A stretch of 64,000 bases of DNA from the NCBI GenBank assembly GCA_963701855.1, contig CAVPBK010000009.1, forward strand, positions 448,001-512,000. Reading direction: 5' to 3'. This DNA comes from Nitrospirota bacterium. Lineage in GTDB: Bacteria > Nitrospirota > Nitrospiria > Nitrospirales > Nitrospiraceae. The notes beneath the pieces are model-generated. The model did no database searches and was not told the origin of the DNA. It was given only the letters and a program-made list of their open reading frames with translations. Shown here piece by piece: positions 49,618-61,110 of the stretch. Positions within the stretch are counted from its first letter, which is position 1; each line of letters opens with the position of its first letter. Both the position numbers and the translations under genes were made by a program.

Positions 49618-51513
49618 TCAGTTCATCTTCACCATCCCTTGGGCTGAAGCAGCAAGGGAATCACCAGCTTTGGGTAAATTGGATGGCTTAGTTACGATCG
49701 TTGCTTGAACAGGAGACAGTGTTGTGGTCGGGTCGGTCGCATTGGAAGAAGGGGAATACTGCTTGACTCTGATGATGTTCATCATGCCCAAGTCCTCGTG
49801 GCCGAGGATGTGGCAGTGAAACACGAAATCTCCAAGGTCATGCCCCCGGAAGTCGATGCGGAGCGTGACACTCGGAAAGGGGTGGGCGGGGTCGCCATCC
49901 CAATGTGGTACTTCGATCATGTCCAGGAATTGGCCGTTGATCCCCGGCGCCGGGTCGCTCCCGTTGGTCTCAAAGTGGTGCTGTGCTTCCACCAGGAAAT
50001 GCAGCTGGTGGAAGTGAAATTCATGGTTCTCCTGTGTCCGATTCTCCACCGTCCACTCTTCCACGGTGCCCTGGATGGCCACTATGTCAGGGGTATGATT
50101 GGGATTGAACAGGTGTTCTGGCTTTCCGACCACGTCCATGAAGAACAGTGTCGGCTGGACTTCATTGAAGAAAACCGTGCGGTGTGCAGCAAGGGGTGCA
50201 GCGGCGAGGCCGGCGAACCGCTTTTGGCTGTGATTCAAGGCAACGAACGGGCCGACGCGGTCATCCCCTGCTGATTCGGTGACCTCGTGGCCGGCACGCA
50301 CCTGCATGTTTAAGATGGGCCGGTTCGGCTGATCATCGCCGTCACTGCCTGTCAGGATATTCAAAGTGACCAGCTGTGCCAACTTCACGTGTGTGGGGGG
50401 GGCATTCACGAGGAATTCCACCCGGGACGCAGGCGGCAGTCGGAAGTGCCTCACTGCAATTAGGCTACCCGGCTGATGTCCGTCCTGGGAGTTGACCGGC
50501 ACCCCGTCAATCGCCACGACATGGATGATCTGCGGCATGCCGTCGAATTGCACTTGCAGGTCGAGCACGGTGTCAGCGGTTGAGTTGGAGGCGCGCCAGA
50601 ACTGCTGTTCCCCCGCTTCCATGTGCAGAACCGCAGGCGTATAGGTGGTGGTGGGAGGCGTCACACTCATGTCGGTGGTGGTGTTCGTCGTAATATTGTT
50701 GACCGTCAAGTCTTGGAATGGGATGCCGTTGGGGTCTCCCCCGACGCCCTCTCCCAAACCCTGCTGCTGGAATTGAGTGGTCGGTTGGTCTCGAAACATT
50801 AGGATGCGATGACGCAGGTGCGAGACAGCGGGCTGAATGTTTTCAATGCCGTCGACGACCAGAGCTCCGGATGCACCACCGAGGAGCGCGGCTTCCGCCA
50901 GCCCGTGCACATGGGGATGATACCAGTACAGCCCCGGCGGTTCGTCGGCAGGAATGACGATGTCGTATTGGAACGTCTGGTTAGAGTTTACGAGAGTCTT
51001 AATCACCTCATCGGAGTGGCACGTGGGGGACGTGTTGGTTCCGTGGAAGTGGATGTTGAGCGACGACTGTGTCATCTGGGTTCCGCCCGGCCCGCAGTTC
51101 GGCGAATGGATTGTCATGTTCACCGGTGTCGACGGAGTATTATTCGTCACGGTGATGAGCAGGTGATCGCCTGGCTTTACATGCAATGTCGGATTTTCCA
51201 AGCCGCTCGGGGTCATGAAACAAAACAGCGTTCTGCCCACAGAATCTGTGGTGGTTTGATAGGAGAACTGGACGGACAGCTCGCCGTTCATACTGAACAG
51301 CGCGGCGGGTTGGTGGACGATGCTCCCTGCGGCGAAGCGCAGGCAGGGATTTGCAACGGGGGTGACCGGCTTCGGTATGGTGAAGTCGCTGGCCGCCGTG
51401 GGCTGGGAGAAAGCATGGGATGATGCCATCATGTAGAGCAGAATGCCCGACACGATACCCCACCTCATACATAGCAACGTTCGTCTATTCATGGCTTCAA
51501 CTCCTGGATTCAC
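49618..51513 (-). CDS. Multicopper oxidase, exported
   Basis: HFHG, YWYHPHVHG, HEFHFHQLHF and HCHILGHEDLGMM: all four copper-binding motifs. Confidence 0.95.
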   Translation of the reverse strand: MNPGVEAMNRRTLLCMRWGIVSGILLYMMASSHAFSQPTAASDFTIPKPVTPVANPCLRFAAGSIVHQPAALFSMNGELSVQFSYQTTTDSVGRTLFCFMTPSGLENPTLHVKPGDHLLITVTNNTPSTPVNMTIHSPNCGPGGTQMTQSSLNIHFHGTNTSPTCHSDEVIKTLVNSNQTFQYDIVIPADEPPGLYWYHPHVHGLAEAALLGGASGALVVDGIENIQPAVSHLRHRILMFRDQPTTQFQQQGLGEGVGGDPNGIPFQDLTVNNITTNTTTDMSVTPPTTTYTPAVLHMEAGEQQFWRASNSTADTVLDLQVQFDGMPQIIHVVAIDGVPVNSQDGHQPGSLIAVRHFRLPPASRVEFLVNAPPTHVKLAQLVTLNILTGSDGDDQPNRPILNMQVRAGHEVTESAGDDRVGPFVALNHSQKRFAGLAAAPLAAHRTVFFNEVQPTLFFMDVVGKPEHLFNPNHTPDIVAIQGTVEEWTVENRTQENHEFHFHQLHFLVEAQHHFETNGSDPAPGINGQFLDMIEVPHWDGDPAHPFPSVTLRIDFRGHDLGDFVFHCHILGHEDLGMMNIIRVKQYSPSSNATDPTTTLSPVQATIVTKPSNLPKAGDSLAASAQGMVKMN

Positions 51514-52159
51514 ACGTTGGGGTGCTGTCCCCTATTGAATATGTTTACCACTGTGCGATCTGTCCATTGCTCGTTTCTGCGCGGTTATAGCCGAGTCGTG
51601 CGCAACGCCCTGTCAGGCGAAGGAGAATTTTCTTGTAGGATTGAGACTACAAAAACTGTCTTTGTTTGGATGGCAGCAGCGATGGGATCTCGGAGAGCGG
51701 ATCTCCTCGCTGAGGTCACCGGCTTGAGCTTTGGCCTAGGGGATTAACGTGCCTCGTGCTCGAATTGATCTACTGGGCGCGGCAGGCACCGGAGGTCAAG
51801 CCAGGGCAGAAGGTAAAAGGGGCACATTTCCCACCCCATCATCATGGGTGCGCGCATGAACGAGGATCAAAATATTTCGCCCTACGAATACACGGACGAG
51901 GAGATTCTCAACAAGATGCATGCGCTCAAACGGCATGGCCACGGTACGCTCACCCTCGAGGCGCACAGGGCCTGTAGTGTTGCACTTGAGTTAGAACGCA
52001 AGTAGGAAAAGTCCTACAGACATTTGTACGGATATGGTTCAGAGTGCGTTTCGTTTACGCCTATCTGAAATCTGGTTCGGACGGACAGCAAAATGTTCAG
52101 CCAACTCCGCCAGTGTCTGATCAGCCTTGATCGTGGCCCATGCCACCTAGGAGGTTCCA

Positions 52160-52882
52160 ATGCCAAATCTTGCCGTCATAAATGAATCGACAACCATCTC
52201 AGATGGGGACATCCAAACAATGCTCCCCGCCTTCGGTCAACAGTGGAATCGAGATCTCGAAGCGATCTGGAGTGTCGAGGCAGCGACGTTCATCTTCGTG
52301 CCCAGGGGTCAAGCACCTGCAGCTGGAAGCTGGTGGGTTGTGTTCCTGGACGACAGCGACCAAGCCGGCGCTCTCGCCTATCACGATCTGACGAATGAGG
52401 GCCTTCCCATCTCCAAAGTTTTCGTCAAGACCATTCTCTCCGATAAGGCTAGTGTCAGTGTTGGTGCAACCCACGAGATTTGCGAGATGGCGGTGGATCC
52501 GTGGCTAAATAGTGCATACCAGGATCCTCAGGGCTTCTTCTGGGCCGGCGAGGTGTGCGATCCGGTTGAGGATGACCAATACGGTTATCAAATCGGTGGA
52601 ATTCTTGTCACGGATTTTGTCACACCGAACTGGTTTGCGCATCAACACGCACAAGCGGCGATGGACTTCAAGCGCCATAGCCACGCGCCGTTTGAAGTCC
52701 TCAGCGGCGGGTACGCGCAAAAATTTGATCCCCAAAAGGGATGGCAGCAAGTCACCGGGTCCCAAGCGATGCAACGCAAGCGCGCCGTGTCTGCACCGAT
52801 AGGCTCGCGGAGAGAACGTCGTTCTCGGCAGTGGAAGGCATGGATGCGCAGCGCAGTGCCTTGGGGCATGCGTAACAAATAA
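52160..52882 (+). CDS. Hypothetical protein with zincin-like HExxE motif
   Basis: GALAYHD...THEICEMAVDP...GEVCDPVE; AGGAGG RBS. Confidence 0.8.
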   Translation: MPNLAVINESTTISDGDIQTMLPAFGQQWNRDLEAIWSVEAATFIFVPRGQAPAAGSWWVVFLDDSDQAGALAYHDLTNEGLPISKVFVKTILSDKASVSVGATHEICEMAVDPWLNSAYQDPQGFFWAGEVCDPVEDDQYGYQIGGILVTDFVTPNWFAHQHAQAAMDFKRHSHAPFEVLSGGYAQKFDPQKGWQQVTGSQAMQRKRAVSAPIGSRRERRSRQWKAWMRSAVPWGMRNK

Positions 52883-53013
52883 GTCACGGGTAATTCGGGC
52901 CGGTACACTACTCGCGTCATATGGTCCAGATTACTTCATTCAAAGCTAGAATGTTGTCGTGTTAGCTTTTCCGGCCACTTTGCTCGACTGCAACTTCTAA
53001 AAGGGAGCCGCTT

Positions 53014-54993
53014 ATGATCTCTCAGGCCAATATCTCGTCGAATACTCCCATGGGGGCAAACCTGATCGAGGGAGGGGGTGCCACCTTTCGCGCGTGGGCT
53101 CCACTTGCTACGGGTGTCTACGTCAATGGCACTTTCGGCGGCACGGCAAGAACTGGACAGACCGGTGACCTACTGCTTGCAAAGGATGCGAATGGATACT
53201 GGACAGGTTTTGTTGACACCGCGAGGGATGGTGATCCGTACCATTTCTGGGTCGTGGGACTCGGATCCAGCGGGTACAAACGCGATCCTTACGCGCGGGA
53301 ACTCGCGACGGACGCGCCATTCCCCAATTGCAGCTGCCTGATACGCTCCGCAATGGCATACCCATGGCACGATTCGGCATTCGTCACACCGGACTTCAGC
53401 AACATGATCATCTACCAACTGCACATCGGAACATATGCCCCTAGCGCATCGGGCGTAGCGTCAACCTTTCTCGATGTGATTGCGAAGATACCGTATCTTG
53501 TCGCGCTCGGAGCCAACGTGCTGCAACCGCTTCCGGTGAGCGAAGTCGAAACCAACCCGTCGTTGGGCTATGATGGCGCAGACTATTTTTCTCCAGACTT
53601 TCCGTATGTCGTGACCGACGAAGCGGCGCTTCAGGCGCACGTTGCTACCATCAACGGCTTGCTGGCAGCCAAGGGTTTTCCGCCACTGGGTCTGCAGGAC
53701 ATCACCACCGGGCCAGCTCAGCTTAAGGCGCTTGTCGATTTGTGTCATGTCTATGGCATTGCTGTGGCCTTCGATGTGGTCTACAACCATGCCGGTGGCT
53801 TTCAGATTACCGACACGCAGTCAGACGATGAATGCATTTATTACTGGGATCGCGCAAAAAACGTCGGCCACAATAACGACAGCCTCTACTTTACGGACCA
53901 GGATCGAGGGACCGGCGGACTCTCGTTCGCGCTTTGGAAAAATGACGTCTGTCAGTTTCTAATCAACAACGCGCTGTACTACATAGCTGAATTCCATGTC
54001 GATGGATTCCGCTACGACGAAATCAGCGATCTCATCTCGATGAATGGTGATTCTGGCTGGAGCTTCTGTTGCAATCTTACCGGCACACTTCGCTTCGTGA
54101 AGCCGCGGCTCTTGCAAAACGCCGAGTTCTGGCCGGGAGAGGTCGGTAATTATCCGAAATCCACGGTTTCGATCGTGTCGGCGTCGGCCGATGGCGGTGC
54201 GGGATTCGATGTGGTCCAGCACGACGGTCTGCGCAGTGCCGTTCGCGACGCGGTGCTGGCGGCCTCCGCTGGTCAGAGCTCCGCCGTCAATTTCGATGCC
54301 ATCGCAGGGGCTCTCTATCCGCAGGGATTTGCTCATGGCTGGCAAGTGGTGCCCTGTGTTGAAAATCACGATATCGTGCAGGTGGGCAGGGAGCTGCGCA
54401 TCCCCGCTCTTGCTGACAGCTCAAACCCCCGTTCCTGGTATGCGCGCAGCCGCTCGCGGTTCGCCACGGGCCTGCTCCTTACCGCCCCCGGTATCCCGCA
54501 ACTCTTCATGGGGCAGGAGTTTCTGGAAGACAAACAATGGAGTTCTGATCCTAACGCACCGAACCTGATTTGGTGGTCCGGCCTGAACACAGGAACCGAT
54601 CCAGCCATGGGGAACCATCTGCGCTTCACTCAGGACCTGATCCACCTGCGATGGAACTATCCTGCTCTGCGCGGGGACAACGTCAATCCGTTCCACGTTC
54701 ATAACCAGAACCGCGTCATTGCGTTTCACCGATGGCTGGAGGGCAGCGGGCAGGACGTAATTGTAGTCGCTACCCTCAGCGAAAATACTTGGTACAACTA
54801 TGGTATCGGATTCCCGTTTGCGGGGCTGTGGCAGGAAGTTTTCAACAGCGACGTGTATGACAATTGGGTTAACCCGATCGTAGCCGGCAACGGAGGAGGT
54901 ATCTCTGCATCTGGCCCTCCGCTGCACGGGTTCCCAGCCTCGGCGAACATAATGATCCCCGCCAACGGGTTCATCGTATTCGCACGCACTTAG
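53014..54993 (+). CDS. GH13 glycoside hydrolase (branching-enzyme/TreZ-like) with N-terminal CBM48
   Basis: TFRAWAP, DPYAR, DVVYNH, DGFRYD, NAE, ENHD and FMGQEF. Confidence 0.9.
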   Translation: MISQANISSNTPMGANLIEGGGATFRAWAPLATGVYVNGTFGGTARTGQTGDLLLAKDANGYWTGFVDTARDGDPYHFWVVGLGSSGYKRDPYARELATDAPFPNCSCLIRSAMAYPWHDSAFVTPDFSNMIIYQLHIGTYAPSASGVASTFLDVIAKIPYLVALGANVLQPLPVSEVETNPSLGYDGADYFSPDFPYVVTDEAALQAHVATINGLLAAKGFPPLGLQDITTGPAQLKALVDLCHVYGIAVAFDVVYNHAGGFQITDTQSDDECIYYWDRAKNVGHNNDSLYFTDQDRGTGGLSFALWKNDVCQFLINNALYYIAEFHVDGFRYDEISDLISMNGDSGWSFCCNLTGTLRFVKPRLLQNAEFWPGEVGNYPKSTVSIVSASADGGAGFDVVQHDGLRSAVRDAVLAASAGQSSAVNFDAIAGALYPQGFAHGWQVVPCVENHDIVQVGRELRIPALADSSNPRSWYARSRSRFATGLLLTAPGIPQLFMGQEFLEDKQWSSDPNAPNLIWWSGLNTGTDPAMGNHLRFTQDLIHLRWNYPALRGDNVNPFHVHNQNRVIAFHRWLEGSGQDVIVVATLSENTWYNYGIGFPFAGLWQEVFNSDVYDNWVNPIVAGNGGGISASGPPLHGFPASANIMIPANGFIVFART

Positions 54994-55457
54994 GCCCGAG
55001 TTAGGTCCCGGGAAGATACAGCGGCTATGTGGTTCGGTGCTCAGTCCAACCGTTTGAAGGGGCACTCGCGAGTGGCGGGGTGGTCCAAATTCAAAAAGAA
55101 ATGTTCCCTCACTGATTCTTAGATGGTTGACCTACTCCCGATGCTCGACCACTTCGATGGAAATACGCACTTACTATTCGGGATCCAACGTAAATGTAGC
55201 ACCTTCGCCGTGTCAAACACATCTGCGCCTCGGCTACTCACTCATTCCACCATTCACCGCCTGACCTTCTCCGCCGATGACGCGGTAGCCAGGGGTCTAA
55301 TCGGCTCGACATCTTCAGCCTCGGCAAAGATTGAAGTATGGCTGCTGGCAAACAACCCAATGTCGCATCGACCAACGCACATCTCTCACACTCTTGCCTG
55401 GGCGCACCTATTAATTGACCTAGCCCTGATTCAATAATGCGTTCGACCGTCTCCCTG

Positions 55458-55928
55458 CCGGTTCTCGTCACGTTCTACCACCCGCCCTATTCAGTCGACA
55501 ACCATCACGGCGGATCGCAGCCAATGCATGACGCGCTCGACACCGCCTTTGCAAAGGCCTGACGATGGGCCGACATGGTGCTGGCAGGCCATGTTCACAA
55601 TTACCAGCGTTTCACGCGCAAGGTCGCCTCGACTGGACTGAAAATCACATACGTAGTCGCTGGGTCTGGAGGCTACTGGCACCTGCACACAATCGCGAAG
55701 GTGAACGGCGCGAAGCCGACGCTGCCTGTGAGCCTGCCCCTCTCAGGCGATACCATGACGCTTGAGAGCTACGTCGATGATAGGCAAGGCTTTCTCCGCC
55801 TCGATGACGACTCCAATTCGATTTCTGGAAAATACTACACCGTGCCATGCCCGCAAGAGAGCTGGAGCCAGCCACCAAAACTTGTCGGCAGTTTCCGCCT
55901 CGACACAAGGAACCACAAACTGGGCTAG
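55458..55928 (+). pseudogene. Calcineurin-like metallophosphoesterase C-terminal remnant
   Basis: FYHPPYSVDNHHGGS...AKA*RWADMVLAGHVHNYQRF...VVAGSGG; TGA at 55560; N-terminus absent. Confidence 0.8.
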
Positions 55929-55960
55929 GCGTCATTGTTTGAATGCCTCGTAATACTCTG

Positions 55961-56032
55961 TTCTCGAGCCACAAAGCGCTGCTCATGCTCTTCTATTTGG
56001 CACTCAGGAATATCAGCAAAAAGTGGACTGAC
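55961..56032 (+). pseudogene. IS256-family transposase C-terminal scrap
   Basis: FSSHKALLMLFYLALRNISKKWT resembles the IS256 terminus FPxxxALxKxxYLAxxxxxKKW. Confidence 0.65.
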
Positions 56033-56389
56033 CAAAAACCGGAATAGATGACCAGACGGAAGTTTGAAAAACTCGCGTGTTGATCAGCTACCATTTTATA
56101 AATACTAGGGAAGATTCCCTGTTAATTCCCTGTTCTTGGGAAGGTGTGGACTTTGCCGAATCTGTGGAAAGCGATGCGAGATAGGGGTTTTCGTGGGATC
56201 CGCCCACCAATGAACGTATATTCAATGGAATTACCCCTGTATATTTCCCTGATACAGGGAATAGGTTGCAGAGACTTGTTGGCTGTTGACTGGCTCCACC
56301 GCCAACCAGTCTGGACAAGAGAGAAACATTCTCTGTTTCTCGGAGATTGTCGCGATGTTCCGCCTGGGTTGCGGACAGAACAACTCAGA

Positions 56390-56486
56390 CATCTGCTACC
56401 ACGCAGCTACCAGAGCAGGGCAAATCACCCCCATCTGCCCCCATGGCGAGAGGATCCTGGTTTGTGGTTTCTGGTGGCGTTAGGTT
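56390..56486 (+). repeat. Second copy of the arm region of the 45793 module
   Basis: Shared gctaccag...ccccatctgcccccatg...atcctggtttgtggtttct...gttaggt. Confidence 0.75.
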
Positions 56487-56732
56487 GGGAGTGTGAATCG
56501 ACCCCTCTTCGCTCTTTCGAGCAAGAGTCAGATTAGAACTTCTTCATGGTCGGTTCATCATCTGTTCATGCTCGCTCCTTACAATATCAGCCATTCCGAA
56601 TTATCAAGAACTTGTTCTAGAAAGAGGACCGTCATGTTGAACCTAGCCTTGATTGGTGCGATGTATTACGGGCAATCTTCATCTTCATTATGATTGGAGT
56701 CATAGAAATATCCATGGAGATGGCTTCGGAGC

Positions 56733-57896
56733 ATGATGCCTCAAGCAGGGAAACATTTAGAGTCTCTCACGCGAGTGGCTAGCAGTATGTCACAGGAAAT
56801 GTCGCAGGGCGAAGAGAGACGCCAGCGTCTGCTGCATAAGCTCGGTGAGCGGGTCAAGGAGCTCACGGCGTTACATGGGGTGGTGCGGCTTCTGCAGGAT
56901 AGCCGCGTCCCGCTCGATGAAGTGTTGCAGCAAGTGGTGCTGTTGCTCCCGCCGGCCTGGCAATATCCGGACATTGCAGTGGCGCGCATCCGGATCGATG
57001 GAACGATCGCTATGACGCCACGTTTTTGCGAGACACTCTGGATGCAACGCGCAGCACTCACAACCTCGGTGGGGCGCCACGGATACTTAGAAGTCGGGTA
57101 CTTGGAAGAAAGACCCACGGAACATGAGGGGCCATTCCTAGTCGAAGAACGCAATTTGATTAATTCGCTCGCCGATAGCCTCTCGTCCTATCTGACTCGC
57201 CGAGAGGCCGAGGAGGGGCTACGAGAAACTCATGCGCAATTGCAAGCGCTGTCACGACAACTGATGTATTTACAAGAACAAGAGCGTCAACAGCTCGCCC
57301 ACGATCTGCATGACGAAGTTGGTCAAGCTCTCACCGCACTCAAGATGAATCTTCAGACGATGCAGCTGGTTGCGAATACGTCTCCGGTGCAGAATTCATT
57401 GACTGAGAGTTTCAGTATTCTGGATACCCTGCTCGCTCGAGTGCGGGATCTCTCCTTGGACCTGCGGCCGTCCTTGCTCGACCACCTGGGATTGGTGCCA
57501 GCCATCCGCTGGCATACCATCCGGCAAGCCGAGCGGGCCGGTCTCCAGGCACATGTCGATGCAGATTCGCTTCTACAGGATCTGCCAGCAGATATGGCCG
57601 TGGTCTGTTTTCGGATCGTACAGGAAGCGGTCACGAATGTGTTGCGCCATGCCAAAGCCACTCAGCTCGATGTGGTGTTGCGAACAAATGCTTCGGGATT
57701 CGATCTGATCGTCAAAGATAATGGCGTCGGATTTCGAGTCTCAGAGTCCATGACGGAGGTCGAAGGCCGGTGGGCGATTGGGCTTGTGGGCATGCGTGAA
57801 CGCGCTCGAGCTTTAAAGGGGCAGATTATGATCCACTCCGCTCCCGGAAGGGGCACCGAAGTGTCTGCGCACATCCCCTGGAGCCATGTTGGGTAA
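56733..57896 (+). CDS. Cytoplasmic sensor histidine kinase (HisKA_3, NarX/UhpB type)
   Basis: ERQQLAHDLHDEVGQ, QEAVTNVLRHA, DNGVGF and GLVGMRER; no TM helix. Confidence 0.93.
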   Translation: MMPQAGKHLESLTRVASSMSQEMSQGEERRQRLLHKLGERVKELTALHGVVRLLQDSRVPLDEVLQQVVLLLPPAWQYPDIAVARIRIDGTIAMTPRFCETLWMQRAALTTSVGRHGYLEVGYLEERPTEHEGPFLVEERNLINSLADSLSSYLTRREAEEGLRETHAQLQALSRQLMYLQEQERQQLAHDLHDEVGQALTALKMNLQTMQLVANTSPVQNSLTESFSILDTLLARVRDLSLDLRPSLLDHLGLVPAIRWHTIRQAERAGLQAHVDADSLLQDLPADMAVVCFRIVQEAVTNVLRHAKATQLDVVLRTNASGFDLIVKDNGVGFRVSESMTEVEGRWAIGLVGMRERARALKGQIMIHSAPGRGTEVSAHIPWSHVG

Positions 57897-57928
57897 ACCC
57901 AATTGGAGGAACGAGGAGGGTACGGAGG

Positions 57929-58579
57929 ATGCCGATTCGAGTAGTGCTGGCGGATGATCATGTCCTAATTCGAGCCGGGTTGCGGGTGTTACTACACAGT
58001 CTGCCGAATATCGAAGTCATCGGCGAGGCGAGTGACGGGCATGAAGCGATCGACGTCATCACTCGACACCAGCCGGATGTGGTCATGATGGATATCGGCA
58101 TGCCTGGCTTGAACGGGGTGGACTCTACACGTCGAATCATAAAACAATTCCCCCGCACACGGGTCATCATGCTGTCTATGCACGCGAACGAGGAATATGT
58201 CGGCCAAGCGCTTGAAGCAGGCGCGATGGGCTATCTGCTGAAGGGAGCGGAGCCCGCCGAATTGGAACTGGTATTCAAAGCCGTGATGCGAGGGGAAACC
58301 TACTTGAGTCCGACGATCGCCAAGCAGCTAGTCCAGGATTATCTGTCCAACCGAAAGGAGAAGGTAAACCTGCTTCCCGACTTAACCGCGCGACAGCGTG
58401 AAGTGCTTCAGCTCATTGCCGAAGGGTGCTCGACGAAAGACATCGCTAATAAGTTGAAGCTGAGCGTCAAGACAATAGACACGCATCGTACCGAATTGAT
58501 GCACCGGCTCGATATCCATGAGGTGGCTGGCCTCGTTCGATATGCCATCCGCATCGGGCTCGTGTCGACTGAAACCTGA
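57929..58579 (+). CDS. NarL/FixJ-family DNA-binding response regulator
   Basis: REC domain (ADDH, MDIGMP) plus LuxR HTH LTARQREVL...TIDTHR. Confidence 0.95.
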   Translation: MPIRVVLADDHVLIRAGLRVLLHSLPNIEVIGEASDGHEAIDVITRHQPDVVMMDIGMPGLNGVDSTRRIIKQFPRTRVIMLSMHANEEYVGQALEAGAMGYLLKGAEPAELELVFKAVMRGETYLSPTIAKQLVQDYLSNRKEKVNLLPDLTARQREVLQLIAEGCSTKDIANKLKLSVKTIDTHRTELMHRLDIHEVAGLVRYAIRIGLVSTET

Positions 58580-58684
58580 CGACGGCGCACGCGGTGTTTC
58601 GTCTGATTGAGCTTCCTGTCGTCTCATTCCGCTGGTGCAATCCCCCTCCGCCTCTGCCCATCCGCTCCTTCCACCGCCCGGTCC

Positions 58685-58756
58685 TCAGGTATTTTTCCAG
58701 ACGTTCTCAGGTATCCTCCTGATACGTCTCACTGCACCTATTGTGTTTAGGTATAC
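58685..58756 (+). promoter_or_regulatory. Putative regulated promoter module with TCAGG-N6-CCTGA-like boxes
   Basis: Homologous to 63527-63598 over ~70 bp; two TCAG boxes 22 bp apart in both copies. Confidence 0.55.
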
Positions 58757-58902
58757 GCGAGACAGAGGTCTGAGTGAAGCAGTGCGATGAGTGAGGGGCA
58801 TGCGGATCCATCGTGGACAAGCTGATATCTGTCGTCGATGGAGAGCATGCGCGGTAAACCGTCAACCGGCTGTCGTTGACAACCCAACCAGGAGGTGGAG
58901 CG

Positions 58903-59275
58903 ATGAAGTTCAAGAAATCCATAATCGGTATGCTGGCCATGCTGCCACTGGCGAGGGGTACTCAATCTCGCGGGGTACAGCGGGGCGCTGTCCGCGAGCT
59001 TGGAAGAGAGGCTGGCGTCCTCTCCCGCCCCAAACGATCACCTCGCGGCGGCCAGGATGTATCAGAACGAGGCGCGTGAGTTGGAGGCCGAAGCCGTGGA
59101 GTATGAGACCGCCGTCTCGAAGTTCACCCCCTATCAGGACTCCAAGGGGTTTCATCATGGCCCATTAAAAATGGCCGCGCACGGAAAGCGGTATGAGGCG
59201 AAGCAGATGCAGGACCTGTATGCCGCACATCTTGCACAGGCCCAGGTCCTGTGCGGAAAGCTTGCGCCTCAATAA
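58903..59275 (+). pseudogene. Frameshifted paralogue of the adjacent lipoprotein
   Basis: MKFKKSIIGMLAMLPL, then a +1 frameshift near 58958, then LEERL...DHLAAARMYQN; lipobox Cys codon changed to TAC. Confidence 0.8.
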
Positions 59276-59326
59276 CGAAAGAATGTCAATTGGCTGTTTG
59301 GGTCAGTCTAACCAGAAGGTGGAGTG

Positions 59327-59704
59327 ATGAAGTTCACGAAATCCATAGTCGGTGTGCTGGCCATGTTGCCGCTGGTGGCTGGACTTACTTTCGCGGGGTG
59401 TAGCGGGGTGCTGCCCGCCACTTTGGAAGAGAAGCTGATGTCCACACCCACCGTGGACGATCACCTCGCAGCGGCTAGATTGTATCAAAACAAGGCGCGT
59501 GAGTTAGAGGCCGAAGCCGAGGAGTACGAGCGTGCAGTTTCGACGCTTGAGTCATCTGGAGACTCCAAGGGGTTTCATTACGGAGCACTGAGGATGGCCG
59601 CGCAAAAAAAACGGCATGAAGCAAAGCAGATGCAGAAGCTGTATGCTTCACATGCTGCGCAGGCACAGGCACTGGCCCTGCACGGAAAGGCACAGCCTCA
59701 ATAA
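59327..59704 (+). CDS. Hypothetical helical lipoprotein
   Basis: Signal with lipobox FAGC; alpha-helical composition. Confidence 0.8.
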   Translation: MKFTKSIVGVLAMLPLVAGLTFAGCSGVLPATLEEKLMSTPTVDDHLAAARLYQNKARELEAEAEEYERAVSTLESSGDSKGFHYGALRMAAQKKRHEAKQMQKLYASHAAQAQALALHGKAQPQ

Positions 59705-59891
59705 GGATCTTCTAACGGCGAGGAGCGTGCCTCTCCGCTGAAGGGCCGCACCGACGTCCGATGGTGCCACGCCATTGACCTGCCCCCAAGTGTTAGGCCA
59801 CCGGTTCAGTTCGCTTACGCCGGGAATGGTCGGCTGGAATCCTGGCTCCAGATCCGACCTGGTTTAAAGGGGGCAGCAACTGTCTTGGTTG

Positions 59892-61012
<1,121 letters not shown>

Positions 61013-61110
61013 TTGGGCGCAAGATACAAGGTCACTTTCCCAATGGACTCCGCTTGCGCGCGTTTCAGGTCCACGAACTGCGTAAGAGGGCCACTCATAC
61101 CAGTTGAGTG

